From an uncultured Verrucomicrobiae bacterium (GTDB lineage: Bacteria; Verrucomicrobiota; Verrucomicrobiia; Limisphaerales; Palsa-1400), in the NCBI GenBank assembly GCA_963707025.1, contig CAVPOM010000005.1:64001-128000 (forward strand): a stretch of DNA of 64,000 nucleotides, written 5' to 3'. Within the stretch, counting starts at the first letter, position 1. Each line of letters begins with the position of its first letter. Below the pieces are notes generated by a model that was given only the letters and a program-made list of their open reading frames with translations, made no database searches and was not told where the DNA came from. The position numbers were made by a program, and so were the translations under genes. Positions 10,146 through 18,890 of the stretch are shown one piece after another.

Positions 10146-11252
10146 TCAATGGCCGGCCCAGTGGCCGAACCGGTTTTTGGGGATGGGCGCGTTTTCCGGA
10201 TAGACCAGGTAAACGGCGTTGGCCGATTTTGTCCAGGCGTGGAGGACGTCTGCCCGCTTGTAAATCTGGCGCACGGAGTCGCCGCGCTCCAGACGGGCGG
10301 CCGGGTCGTTGATCACCACGTCGCCATTTTCGGTGAAGCCGATGCAGACAATCAAGTGCCCGGCGGCATCATTGGGGCGGCCCGGCCGCAGCCAGTCCCA
10401 GCGGGCGGAGAGAATTACCGGAATACCGGCGGAGATCCAATCCTCCGCCTCCGAAAGATCGTCAAAGCGTGTCACGCAGCTTCTCATGCCGCTGAAACTG
10501 CCGGCGAAGGCGGTGTTGAACGGCCAGTTGCCGGTGCCGGAAAGGCCGGTGTCATAAACCGCCGCCGCGACCGCTGGCACGTTCAGGTCCATTTCCGGAC
10601 GATGCAAGACCTCCGCCCAGCGTGACAGAGCCATGGAGAGAGAGGCCGGGCTGCACCAGCCTCTTTCGTTGGGATAGCCATGCTGCGAATGTTCCGGCGT
10701 GGCGATGATTTTGCCCCAGGCCGCCCGGTTGGGAGGACGGGTGAGACGCGGAACTCGTGTGTTGGCAAAGGAAACGCCCAGGAATTTGAGCGCAGGCCGG
10801 ACGCCCGTCGCGCCGGCGAGCGTCACCCGAATTTGCGCCGCGTCGGCCGGCTCAGTCAAAACCAGCGTGTCCGTGTCCACCGTTCCTTCAGCGTCCCTTT
10901 GTCCGCGGACGCTGGCCCGGGGATGGGATGGGTTGTCCAACGACCATAAGGCCATGGTGTAAAACTTGGTTTGGTGTCCGCCGGAAATGCCGGACGCCTC
11001 CATCTTCAGATACGTTCCCGCGGGCGCGCTGGCATTCCAGGAAACGATGAGTTGATTCCAAGCAATGTGTGATTTGACGGGCGGGGAGAGGAGAACCAGG
11101 CCGCCATCTCGGGAAGGAACGCGCGTGAATTTTGAAAAATCCGTGAACGCCACAAAGCGGCTGAAATTACTGGCGGGTTGAACCGGCGCGGTTTGGCAGC
11201 CGGAAAAAATCACGGCGGCGAGCGCGGCCAAAAGTCTGGCTGGGCGATTCAT
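10146..11252 (-). CDS. Peptidase C39-like lipoprotein
   Basis: Lipobox IFSGC. SQ..WCSPAS (catalytic Cys), GNWPFN, GHLIV, NDP. Confidence 0.88.
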   Translation of the reverse strand: MNRPARLLAALAAVIFSGCQTAPVQPASNFSRFVAFTDFSKFTRVPSRDGGLVLLSPPVKSHIAWNQLIVSWNASAPAGTYLKMEASGISGGHQTKFYTMALWSLDNPSHPRASVRGQRDAEGTVDTDTLVLTEPADAAQIRVTLAGATGVRPALKFLGVSFANTRVPRLTRPPNRAAWGKIIATPEHSQHGYPNERGWCSPASLSMALSRWAEVLHRPEMDLNVPAVAAAVYDTGLSGTGNWPFNTAFAGSFSGMRSCVTRFDDLSEAEDWISAGIPVILSARWDWLRPGRPNDAAGHLIVCIGFTENGDVVINDPAARLERGDSVRQIYKRADVLHAWTKSANAVYLVYPENAPIPKNRFGHWAGH

Positions 11253-11265
11253 AAAAGCGGCTCGG

Positions 11266-12378
11266 TCACCAATGGCCAAATCGGTCGGCGGGCAGCGGCC
11301 AGTTTTCCGGATAGACCAGATAGACGGTGTTGCGGGAGGTCGCCCAGGCGCGAAGGACATTGGCCCGCCGGTAAATGTGCCGCACACTTTCCACTTTCAC
11401 GTCCGTCCACGGATCGTTGATGACCAGGTCGCCGCTTTCTGTGAAACCACGGCAGACGGTCAGGTGGCCGCTGAGATCCTCGGCCCGGCCATCCTGCAAC
11501 AAATCATACCGCGCGGAAATGATCACCGGGATGCCCGCGGCAATCCAATCTTCCAGTTCGGAAATATCGCTCAAGCGGGTCACGCAGGCGCGGAGGCCCG
11601 GGAGGCTCCCGGCGAAGGCGGTGTTGAACGGCCAATTGCCGGTGGCCCTGGAAAAATTGTGATCGAAAACGGCGGCGGCGGTTTCCGGCGCGTCAAAATC
11701 CCAATCCGGGCGATGAGCCACGGCCGCCCATCGCGCCAGGACCATGGAGAGGGATGTCGGACTGCACCAACCGCCGCCACCCTCGTAAGATTGCTGCGAG
11801 CGCTCCGGCGTGGGAATGATTTTACCCCAGGCGGCGCGGTTCGGCGGCGACGGAGCGGGCGTCACGTTCGTGGCGCAAAAGCAAAGGCCGAGATATTTCA
11901 AAGCGGGCCGTCCGCCATTGGCGCCGCCGCAGGTGAGGCGGACCTGGGCGGCCCTGGCAGCCCGGTTCAAAACAAGCGTGTCCACCTCGACATCGCCGTC
12001 GCCATCCTTCTGGCCGGTGACGCTGGCGCGAGGGAAGGCCTTGTTGTCCGGGGACCACCATCCCATCGAGTAGAATTTGGTGGTGTGATCAGGCTCAATG
12101 GCCCTGGCTTCGATCTTCAAATACGTTCCCGCCGGCGCGCTGGCATTCCAGGAAACGATGAGTTGATTCCAGCGAAGGCGTGATTCAATTTGCGGCGAGA
12201 GCAGGACGGTCGCGCCGTCGCCGGGTTCGGTGCGCGTGAATTTTGAAAAATCCGCAAGCCCGACAAATTGGCTGAAATCGCGGCCGGTTGGCACCGGAGC
12301 GCTGTGGCAGCCGCCCACCATCACCGCGGCAAGAGGGATGGAAAGGCGCCTCCCGAGGTTGGGAATGAAAAGGCTCAT
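11266..12378 (-). CDS. Peptidase C39-like lipoprotein (tandem paralogue)
   Basis: VMVGGC, SQ..WCSPTS, GNWPFN, GHLTV, NDP. Co-linear with 10146..11252. Confidence 0.88.
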   Translation of the reverse strand: MSLFIPNLGRRLSIPLAAVMVGGCHSAPVPTGRDFSQFVGLADFSKFTRTEPGDGATVLLSPQIESRLRWNQLIVSWNASAPAGTYLKIEARAIEPDHTTKFYSMGWWSPDNKAFPRASVTGQKDGDGDVEVDTLVLNRAARAAQVRLTCGGANGGRPALKYLGLCFCATNVTPAPSPPNRAAWGKIIPTPERSQQSYEGGGGWCSPTSLSMVLARWAAVAHRPDWDFDAPETAAAVFDHNFSRATGNWPFNTAFAGSLPGLRACVTRLSDISELEDWIAAGIPVIISARYDLLQDGRAEDLSGHLTVCRGFTESGDLVINDPWTDVKVESVRHIYRRANVLRAWATSRNTVYLVYPENWPLPADRFGHW

Positions 12379-12424
12379 TTCGGCGGGGCGGACAGTTCTT
12401 TGAGTAATGCGTCCGTCATGGATG

Positions 12425-12540
12425 GGGCGGGAAAGGCAGCGGGGGCACTCCGCTGCCCGCCGCCGGGCCGCGGCCGAGGAAGCAACCACGCACCGCCGTC
12501 GTGCGGCCGGTCCCGATAATTCGGGACCCGCCCTGCCACC
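12425..12540 (-). repeat. About 110-bp REP-like element, copy 1 of 4
   Basis: Reverse complement gtggcagggcgggtcccgaattatcgggaccggccgcacgacggc... matches 34909-35021 and partly 25258-25297 and 26309-26396. Confidence 0.75.
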
Positions 12541-12692
12541 CATGAGTGAGGTTTGCTTTTCACGGCAAGCAGACAACGGCTCCTCATACCGAATTGCCGG
12601 CGCCTCCGCAAGTTTTTCTTTATGGCCCGTTTAATCTGGATAATACTGCCGAAGTCAGCGGCGCGTTATCCGCGATCGCCGCCAGAAAAAAC

Positions 12693-13928
12693 ATGGCCGA
12701 AGCCGTCAACGCCAGTTCCGCCGCGCCTGAATCCCAGCGCCTGATGTCGCTGGACGCGCTGCGCGGCTTCGACATGTTTTGGATTCTCGGCGCCGACTCG
12801 TTCGTTTATGCGCTGCACCAAGCCACCCCGGGGGCGGCGACGAAATTTCTGGCGGAGCAACTCGACCACGCCGAGTGGGAGGGTTTTCATTTCTACGACC
12901 TGATTTTCCCGCTCTTCGTTTACATGATGGGCGTCTCCACGGTGTTTTCGCTCACGAAAATCATCGCGCGCGAGGGCCGCGCCGCCGCGGTGAAACGGGT
13001 TCTGCGCCGCGGCCTTCTGCTCTTCATCATTGGCCTGATTTATTCCGGGGGCTTCAGCAATCCCTGGCCGGACATGCGGTTGATGGGGGTGCTCAACCGC
13101 ATCGCGCTCTGTTACCTGTTCGGCGGGTTGGTTTTTTGTTTCTGCCAACCGCGGGTGATGGCGGCCCTGGCGGCCAGCCTGCTGCTCGGTTACTGGGCGG
13201 CGCTGGCGCTGACGCCCTTTCCCGATGTCCGCCCGACTCCCGGAGGGACGGCGGTGATTACCAAGGAGGCCGGTTTCAGGGACATTTCGCAGTTGAACAT
13301 GGCCAGCACCAACCGCCTGCGCGGTTCCTACATCCAGGGTGTGAATTTGACGGACTATATAGACCAGAAATATTTGCCCGGACGAAAATACGACGGCACC
13401 TACGACCCCGAAGGTATTCTCAGCACGCTGCCGGCGCTGGCCAGCGGTTTGCTGGGAATATTCACCGGCCTGTTCCTCCAGAACAAATCGGTGGAGGACA
13501 AGCGAAAGGCGGCCTGGCTTCTGGGAGCGGGGGCGGCTGCGGTGGCGCTGGGGTTTTTGTGGGGCGTCGAATTTCCAGTCATCAAGAAGATTTGGACTTC
13601 GTCGTACGTCCTGGTGGCCGGCGGTTACAGTGCGATGTTGCTGGGGGCATTCTATTGGATTATTGACGTGAAAGGATGGCGGAGGTGGTGCCAGCCCTTC
13701 GTGTGGATTGGCATGAATCCCATCACGTTATATCTGACGAGTAATTTTCTTGGCGGCCTGGGCTTTCACAAGCTCGCGGTGCGTCTGGCCGGAGGCCCGG
13801 TCAAACAGTTTTTCGACACGCACCTTGGCGCCGGTTGCGGCGAACTGGTGATTTCGCTGGCCGGTGTGGCGCTCTTCCTGTGGATGGCGTGGTTTCTCCA
13901 TCGCCGGAAGATTTTCCTGCGGCTTTAA
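12693..13928 (+). CDS. HGSNAT/DUF5009 (NagX-like) membrane acyltransferase family protein
   Basis: RLMSLDALRGFDM, HAEWEGFHFYDLIFPLF, GVLNRI, DPEG, KKIWTSS and multiple TM segments. Confidence 0.9.
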   Translation: MAEAVNASSAAPESQRLMSLDALRGFDMFWILGADSFVYALHQATPGAATKFLAEQLDHAEWEGFHFYDLIFPLFVYMMGVSTVFSLTKIIAREGRAAAVKRVLRRGLLLFIIGLIYSGGFSNPWPDMRLMGVLNRIALCYLFGGLVFCFCQPRVMAALAASLLLGYWAALALTPFPDVRPTPGGTAVITKEAGFRDISQLNMASTNRLRGSYIQGVNLTDYIDQKYLPGRKYDGTYDPEGILSTLPALASGLLGIFTGLFLQNKSVEDKRKAAWLLGAGAAAVALGFLWGVEFPVIKKIWTSSYVLVAGGYSAMLLGAFYWIIDVKGWRRWCQPFVWIGMNPITLYLTSNFLGGLGFHKLAVRLAGGPVKQFFDTHLGAGCGELVISLAGVALFLWMAWFLHRRKIFLRL

Positions 13929-14373
13929 AGCTTCCCCCTTCGCTAAAACTACGGCGGACAAGACTCAAAATTGCACCTTTCAGAATTTCTCCCCCTCACT
14001 TTTCCTCGCTTGGGCGAATCTTGACACCACCACCGCGCGCTTCTTCTCCCTCTCCTCCACACACTTGTGGAGGAGAGGGTCGGGGTGAGGAGGTTTCCAT
14101 CTGTTCCATGGGCCGGCGTTCATGCCATGCATGGTGGTAGTATCAAGATGCGCCCTCCTTGCTTAACACACGCACAAAATCCTTGATTTCATTGGCAAAA
14201 ATACGTTTTTTGGACTTTTCAAGCGATTTGCCAATGATCGCCAACGGCCTCCAAAAAGGAGGCGGCTCTAGCACAAAAAGTAGCACAGACAAAAATCGCT
14301 TGGACCGCCGGGACTCGATTTGCGGCAAAAAAACTGTTGTTTCAGGCTGTCTCGTGTGGCACCATAACTTTGC

Positions 14374-14547
14374 ATGAAAAACGTGTTCGTCAGCCACCAC
14401 ACCAACGGGATAGACTGGAAAGCGGAAGCGCGGGACCTGCGGCGGACCGGAAAGCGCATTGCCGCTTCGCCATCAGCGTCACGGCGATTTTTAGTGTCCA
14501 TCGGCATGTACACCACCAAGGGCAAGTTGAAGCCCCAATTCCGCTGA
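14374..14547 (+). CDS. Small basic protein (57 aa), putative partner/antitoxin of the downstream ART-like gene
   Basis: MKNVFVSHHTNGIDWKAEARDLRRTGKRIAASPSASRRFLVSIGMYTTKGKLKPQFR. The stop overlaps the next ATG (TGATG). Below the ORF-track length cutoff. Confidence 0.55.
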   Translation: MKNVFVSHHTNGIDWKAEARDLRRTGKRIAASPSASRRFLVSIGMYTTKGKLKPQFR

Positions 14548-14702
14548 TGCTCTCTCATTCGCTTGCCATCGCCTATCACGGTTGCGACCGAAATTTGGCC
14601 GGACGGATCGTCGCATGGGAAACCGAGTTGAAACCAAGTGAAAATGCCTGGGACTGGCTTGGCCACGGCATTTACCTGTGGGAAGACTGGATCACGTTCT
14701 AA
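14547..14702 (+). pseudogene. Truncated ADP-ribosyltransferase-like protein (N-terminal 51 aa)
   Basis: IAYHGCD...KPSENAWDWLGHGIYLWE resembles the YHGT...GxGxY NAD-binding strands of PARP/ART folds. The ORF stops right after this motif. Confidence 0.55.
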
Positions 14703-15229
14703 TCTGCGTTCGTTCGTCCAAACAGATCATCGGCTATTTCCTGCCGCGCCGAAATGTTTGACGGTTCGACAGCCGCTGGTGTGCGTCGGAAAAGGCATTT
14801 CCCCCGCCCTGTCCGCCGTAGCTTTAGCGGAGGAGGAGGCTCGTTCCCGCGTCGCCTGTCCCGTCGTAGGCCAGGCGAAGGCGGATCATCCGGCTTGCTC
14901 AAGCCGGGAAGGCCAAGCCGACCTGTCCGCCGTCTTGTCCGCCGTAGGCCGGGCGAAGGAGGACGCCCCGTTTGCCCTTCGCAACATGGAATCCACAGAC
15001 ATCACCACCAGGGAGTTAAAGGCAGGGAAGGAAGGCCGCTTTTGGGGCGTCAATGTTGTTTTCCGCTGTCGCGGCGGCGGAACGATCAAGATTGTGCCAT
15101 CACTCGCTCCCTGCCGCCGCGAGGGGCGGCCATCGTGCCCAACGGCCCGTCGGCTGGCATGGCCCGATCCTCAAACGCGCCACGTTTCGGGCTTGAGTTC
15201 GCGGAGGCAGGTGCCATTCTCGCCCTCGG

Positions 15230-15475
15230 ATGAGAGAAACCAGGTGCGACATAAAGCGCGGCGACTGTCTGGAAGTGTTGAGGGATTACCCCGACAATTC
15301 CTTTGACCTCATTTTCACGTCGCCGCCCTACGCCGACAGCCGGGCCAAGACATACGGTGGCACCAGGCACGATCTTTACGTGGACTGGTTTTTGCCGCGA
15401 AGCGACCAGTTCCTGCGCGTTTTGAAGCGGGCCGGTACCATTGTTCTGAACACCAGCGAGACGGTGGTCAACTGA
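15230..15475 (+). pseudogene. Truncated site-specific DNA methyltransferase (beta class, N4/N6 MTase)
   Basis: GDCLEVLRDYPDNSFDLIFTSPPY...RVLKRAGTIVLN. It stops before the SAM-binding DPFxGSG motif. Confidence 0.8.
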
Positions 15476-15494
15476 AGCCCGAAGAAGCAAATCA

Positions 15495-16454
15495 ATGAGT
15501 TACGAAGCCAAAATGCTCCAAAGGTTGGCAATGCCGACGAAGGAGCAAGTTGAGCAGGTGCTGCTCCGCACGCTACTCAAACACGGCGGCGTCATTAGAG
15601 AGTTCGGCGGTGGCGAGGACATCGTAAGTGAAATGGCTGATGAATTTGAGTTGAGTGAAGCCCAGCGCTCTGCTTTCTTGGAAACCGTATATCGTAAAGA
15701 GAACCGCGTAAAAAAGGCGCTTCTCTGGCACCGGTTGCTATTTCGAGCTGCTGATGCCCTGACGCAGGACAAATTAGCTTCCCGGCCAACACAAACATTT
15801 CAACTAACCGGACGAAGAGAATGGATGCTCACGGAGAAGGGCTTTGATGACGCACTCAGGATTTGCAATATTCCAGCCTCAACAAAAGATTCATTGTCAA
15901 TCAAATCTTACGAAGTTCAGAAGGTCGTGAAAAAGCTTGTAGAATCTCAACAGCCTCAAGAATACGATCCAATTGACCATGGCAAGAGAATCACCAAGAC
16001 AACGACAGAGTCTGCTTTGCGCGCCCGGGGGTTTCGTGCTGCCGTTATCGAGGCGTACGATTGCCGATGCGCTGTCTGCGGGCTAAAGATCAAATCGCCC
16101 GACTCTTTGGCGTGGGAGGTAGAAGCAGCCCATATTGTCCCTAATCGTGCCCTGGGCCGGGACGATGTATGGAACGGCATAGCTTTGTGCCGTCTTCACC
16201 ATTGGGCGTTCGATGTCGGTTGGTTCGGCTTGTTGGATGATTACCGGATCCAAGTTTCATCGCAGATTCTGCGTTTGCCAGCAGATTTTGGGAAAATGGG
16301 CAGCTATGAATTTATTCGCTCTCTTGAGGATAAGGCTGCGGCGATATTCTTACCGAAACGGAACGAGATCCGCCCTCACCATACGGCAATCCGCTGGCAC
16401 CGTGAAAATATCCTCGGCCGAAAACCCGTTGTATGTGAAGGAGCATCCTTATGA
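15495..16454 (+). CDS. HNH endonuclease with N-terminal Mrr_N-like winged helix (putative type IV restriction nuclease)
   Basis: FRAAVIEAYDCRCAVC, EAAHIVP, NGIALCRLHHWAFD, IRWHRE. N-terminal MPT...ADEFELSEAQR...WMLTEKG. Confidence 0.85.
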   Translation: MSYEAKMLQRLAMPTKEQVEQVLLRTLLKHGGVIREFGGGEDIVSEMADEFELSEAQRSAFLETVYRKENRVKKALLWHRLLFRAADALTQDKLASRPTQTFQLTGRREWMLTEKGFDDALRICNIPASTKDSLSIKSYEVQKVVKKLVESQQPQEYDPIDHGKRITKTTTESALRARGFRAAVIEAYDCRCAVCGLKIKSPDSLAWEVEAAHIVPNRALGRDDVWNGIALCRLHHWAFDVGWFGLLDDYRIQVSSQILRLPADFGKMGSYEFIRSLEDKAAAIFLPKRNEIRPHHTAIRWHRENILGRKPVVCEGASL

Positions 16455-16639
16455 AAAACCGGAAAACTGAAAAAATTATTTATTCGATATGTGTCGGCGA
16501 CCTGCAAGAAGTTTCGCAAGAAGTCCTGGAGCGCCGCCTGACCAAGAAAGAAATCGATAAGGTTCAAGGGTCAGTGGGCGATTATATTGATTGGTTCCAA
16601 GCAATAGAGCACGCAATTCGAGAGCGTGTCCTGGAATGA
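16451..16639 (+). CDS. Small hypothetical protein
   Basis: ATGA overlap with the HNH gene, aggag RBS, 62-aa helical-looking ORF. Confidence 0.65.
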   Translation: MKNRKTEKIIYSICVGDLQEVSQEVLERRLTKKEIDKVQGSVGDYIDWFQAIEHAIRERVLE

Positions 16640-16656
16640 TGTGAGGAGAGCAGACT

Positions 16657-17555
16657 ATGAATGACACCGGGCAAAACCCCGAAACCCACATCGCCCTATT
16701 CCAGCGAAAGGAAGTCCGCCGCGCCATTCACAACAATGAATGGTGGTTTGTCATCACTGATGTTGTTGCGGCCTTGACCGATTCGGTTGATCCCGGCGAT
16801 TACCTCAAGAAACTCCGCAAACGGGACCCTTCCCTCGCCGAGACCTTCAAAGGGGGGGACAACTTGTCCCCCCCCTTGGGCTTGAATTCGACACGCCCGG
16901 CGGACGCCAGTTACTTCAATGCTGGAACACCGAAGGCATCTTCCGCCTCATCCAGAGCATTCCCAGCCCCAAGGCCGAGCCATTCAAACGCTGGCTGGCC
17001 AGGGTGGGTTACGAACGAATCCAGGAAATTGAAGACCCTGAACTCGCCACCAAACGAACCCGTGCCCTCTACAAAGCCAAGGGCTACTCGGACGACTGGA
17101 TCGAAAAACGGATGCGCTCCATTGCCATCCGCGACGAACTGACAGACGAGTGGAAAAAGCGCGGGGTCAAAGAACAGCGCGAATACGCCATCCTCACCGC
17201 GGAAATCTCAAAAGCTGCCTTCGGCCTCACGCCAAGCCAATACGCCGAATACAAGCGTCTCAAGCGTGAAAATCTCCGCGACCACATGACGGACCTCGAA
17301 CTCATCTTCTCCATGCTGGGGGAAGCCTCGACCACCGAAATCGCCCGCACCCGCGACGCTCAGGGCTTTCCGCAGAACAAACAAACCGCCCACGACGGCG
17401 GCGCGGTGGCCGGCAATGCCCGTCGAGAACTGGAAAGGAAGAGCGGACGTAAAGTTGTGACCAGCGAAAATTACCTTTCGCTCGCGCAATCGGCGAAGAA
17501 GGTTAAGCCCTTGCGCAACGACGCCGAGAACAAGCCGCCGGCCAGGAAGACTTGA
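16657..17555 (+). CDS. Bro-N domain/phage antirepressor-like protein, frameshifted at G7 tract (16852-16858)
   Basis: IALFQRKEVRR..EWWFVITDVV. Adding one G restores KGGGQLVPPL..GGRQ..IFRLIQSIPSPKAEPFKRWLA..GYERIQEIEDPE, then NLRDHMTDLELIF and GGAVAGNAR. Confidence 0.85.
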
Positions 17556-17998
17556 CCAAGCAGGGGGCGCTTACTTTGTCATCTTTTATTCTCAATGCTG
17601 CTTTTGGGCGGTAAAACGAACGACGTGGCCATTCACGACTTCGAGCCGGGCGGCATGAAATCGTAATTCGCACGCCCTTTGCTCACCTTTGCGCACAACT
17701 TCAGGACTCAATGGCGTTTCGGCCACCTTTTCGCCCAACGAAGCGCAAAGGCCAATTAAAACGGATCCCCCGACCCTTCCATCAAATCGCTTTGCAAATC
17801 CGTTTCTGTCGCAGGCCCCACATCAATATTGTCCGCTTCCGCTGGCCGGGATTCCTCCCAACGCGCATCCGCCGCCTCATCAAACGCCAACTCCGTGAAT
17901 TTCCGCAACAAAGCCGACCTGTCCGCCGTAGGCCCGGCGAAGGCGGAATGCCTACACGCGATCATGTGCTTTTTCCCCGCGTCATCCAGAGCCCAGTA

Positions 17999-18815
17999 AA
18001 CCGCGAAATACGCAAAATACCTGAACCCAGAGAATATTGGCGGAAAAATTCTGCAATTTTCGCGTGTTTCGCGTGTTTCGCGGTTAAAAGAATTTCTTCC
18101 GGCCTGCGCAAAAACAATCGCCAGTTCTTCGCGAAGAGGATGTCAGAAATATCCAGTCAGAAATATAACAACCCCCCCGTTCAGAGCGAAGCGGGCCAAT
18201 TTCATTTTTTTGACTCGGTTTTTCTGACATCGCCATCCTGGATACGGAAACGGGTCTTGCACAAACTCCCGCAACATCATTGCCGCCACTCCTCTTTCAA
18301 ACTGGCCTTTGCCAACCACCAAAGGCGCGGCATGGGAAAGCCGCAACCGAAACCGGAATTGCAGAATGGAACAACACAATGATGTGCGCCAGAGGCGCGG
18401 GCAGATGACGCAGATTGACGCAGAATCAGGAAAAAGCCTTGAACAGGAGCAAACAGAGTCTTTTCTCTGTTCCCTCCGTTCCTGTTCGAAAGTTCTTTAT
18501 CTGTGTGCATCTGCCCCGTTATCTGCGGGCAAAGGTCTTTTCTTGTTTCCTCCGTCGTTGCGTTCCACCCGCCCGAAACGATACTTGCAGCAAGTTTCCC
18601 GCAACACCTGCCATTCCGCCGCCAGCACCTCATTGCGCAGGTGCTTCCCGCGCCGCATCCAGTAGGGCAGCTTGTAGTTGGAGAGAGTTTCAACGTCAGT
18701 GCCGGTCCGAATAATGGTTGTCAAGGGAAGTTGGATGTAACAGAATGTAACGGGGTGTAACGGGGGCACTTTTCGTAAACCGTTGATAATCAACAACTGT
18801 AACGGTGTAACGGGT
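17999..18815. repeat. Patchwork of short palindromic microrepeat elements
   Basis: aaccgcgaaa..tttcgcggtt (17999-18085). gatgtcagaaa..tttctgacatc (18139-18231). Nested gcagatgacgcagattgacgcaga..atctgtgtgcatctg around gaacaggag..cctgttc (18401-18530). gtaac repeats (18737-18815). Confidence 0.65.
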
Positions 18816-18890
18816 GTGGCGCACCTCACCCTGCCTGCAAGAGGGGGCGTCGAACAAGTCGCCACCCACATTTCACTGAGGCATGACGGT

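Larger units (their letters stand above)
13931..14963. repeat. Cluster of GTAG-containing REP-like repeats (ctgtccgccgtagNNNNNgcgaaggcgga) plus a 14-bp-stem hairpin
   Basis: Copies at 13931-13962 (minus), 14808-14838, 14855-14885 and 14921-14963, with another at 17917-17947. Hairpin ccctctcctccaca-cact-tgtggaggagaggg at 14048-14079. Confidence 0.75.
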
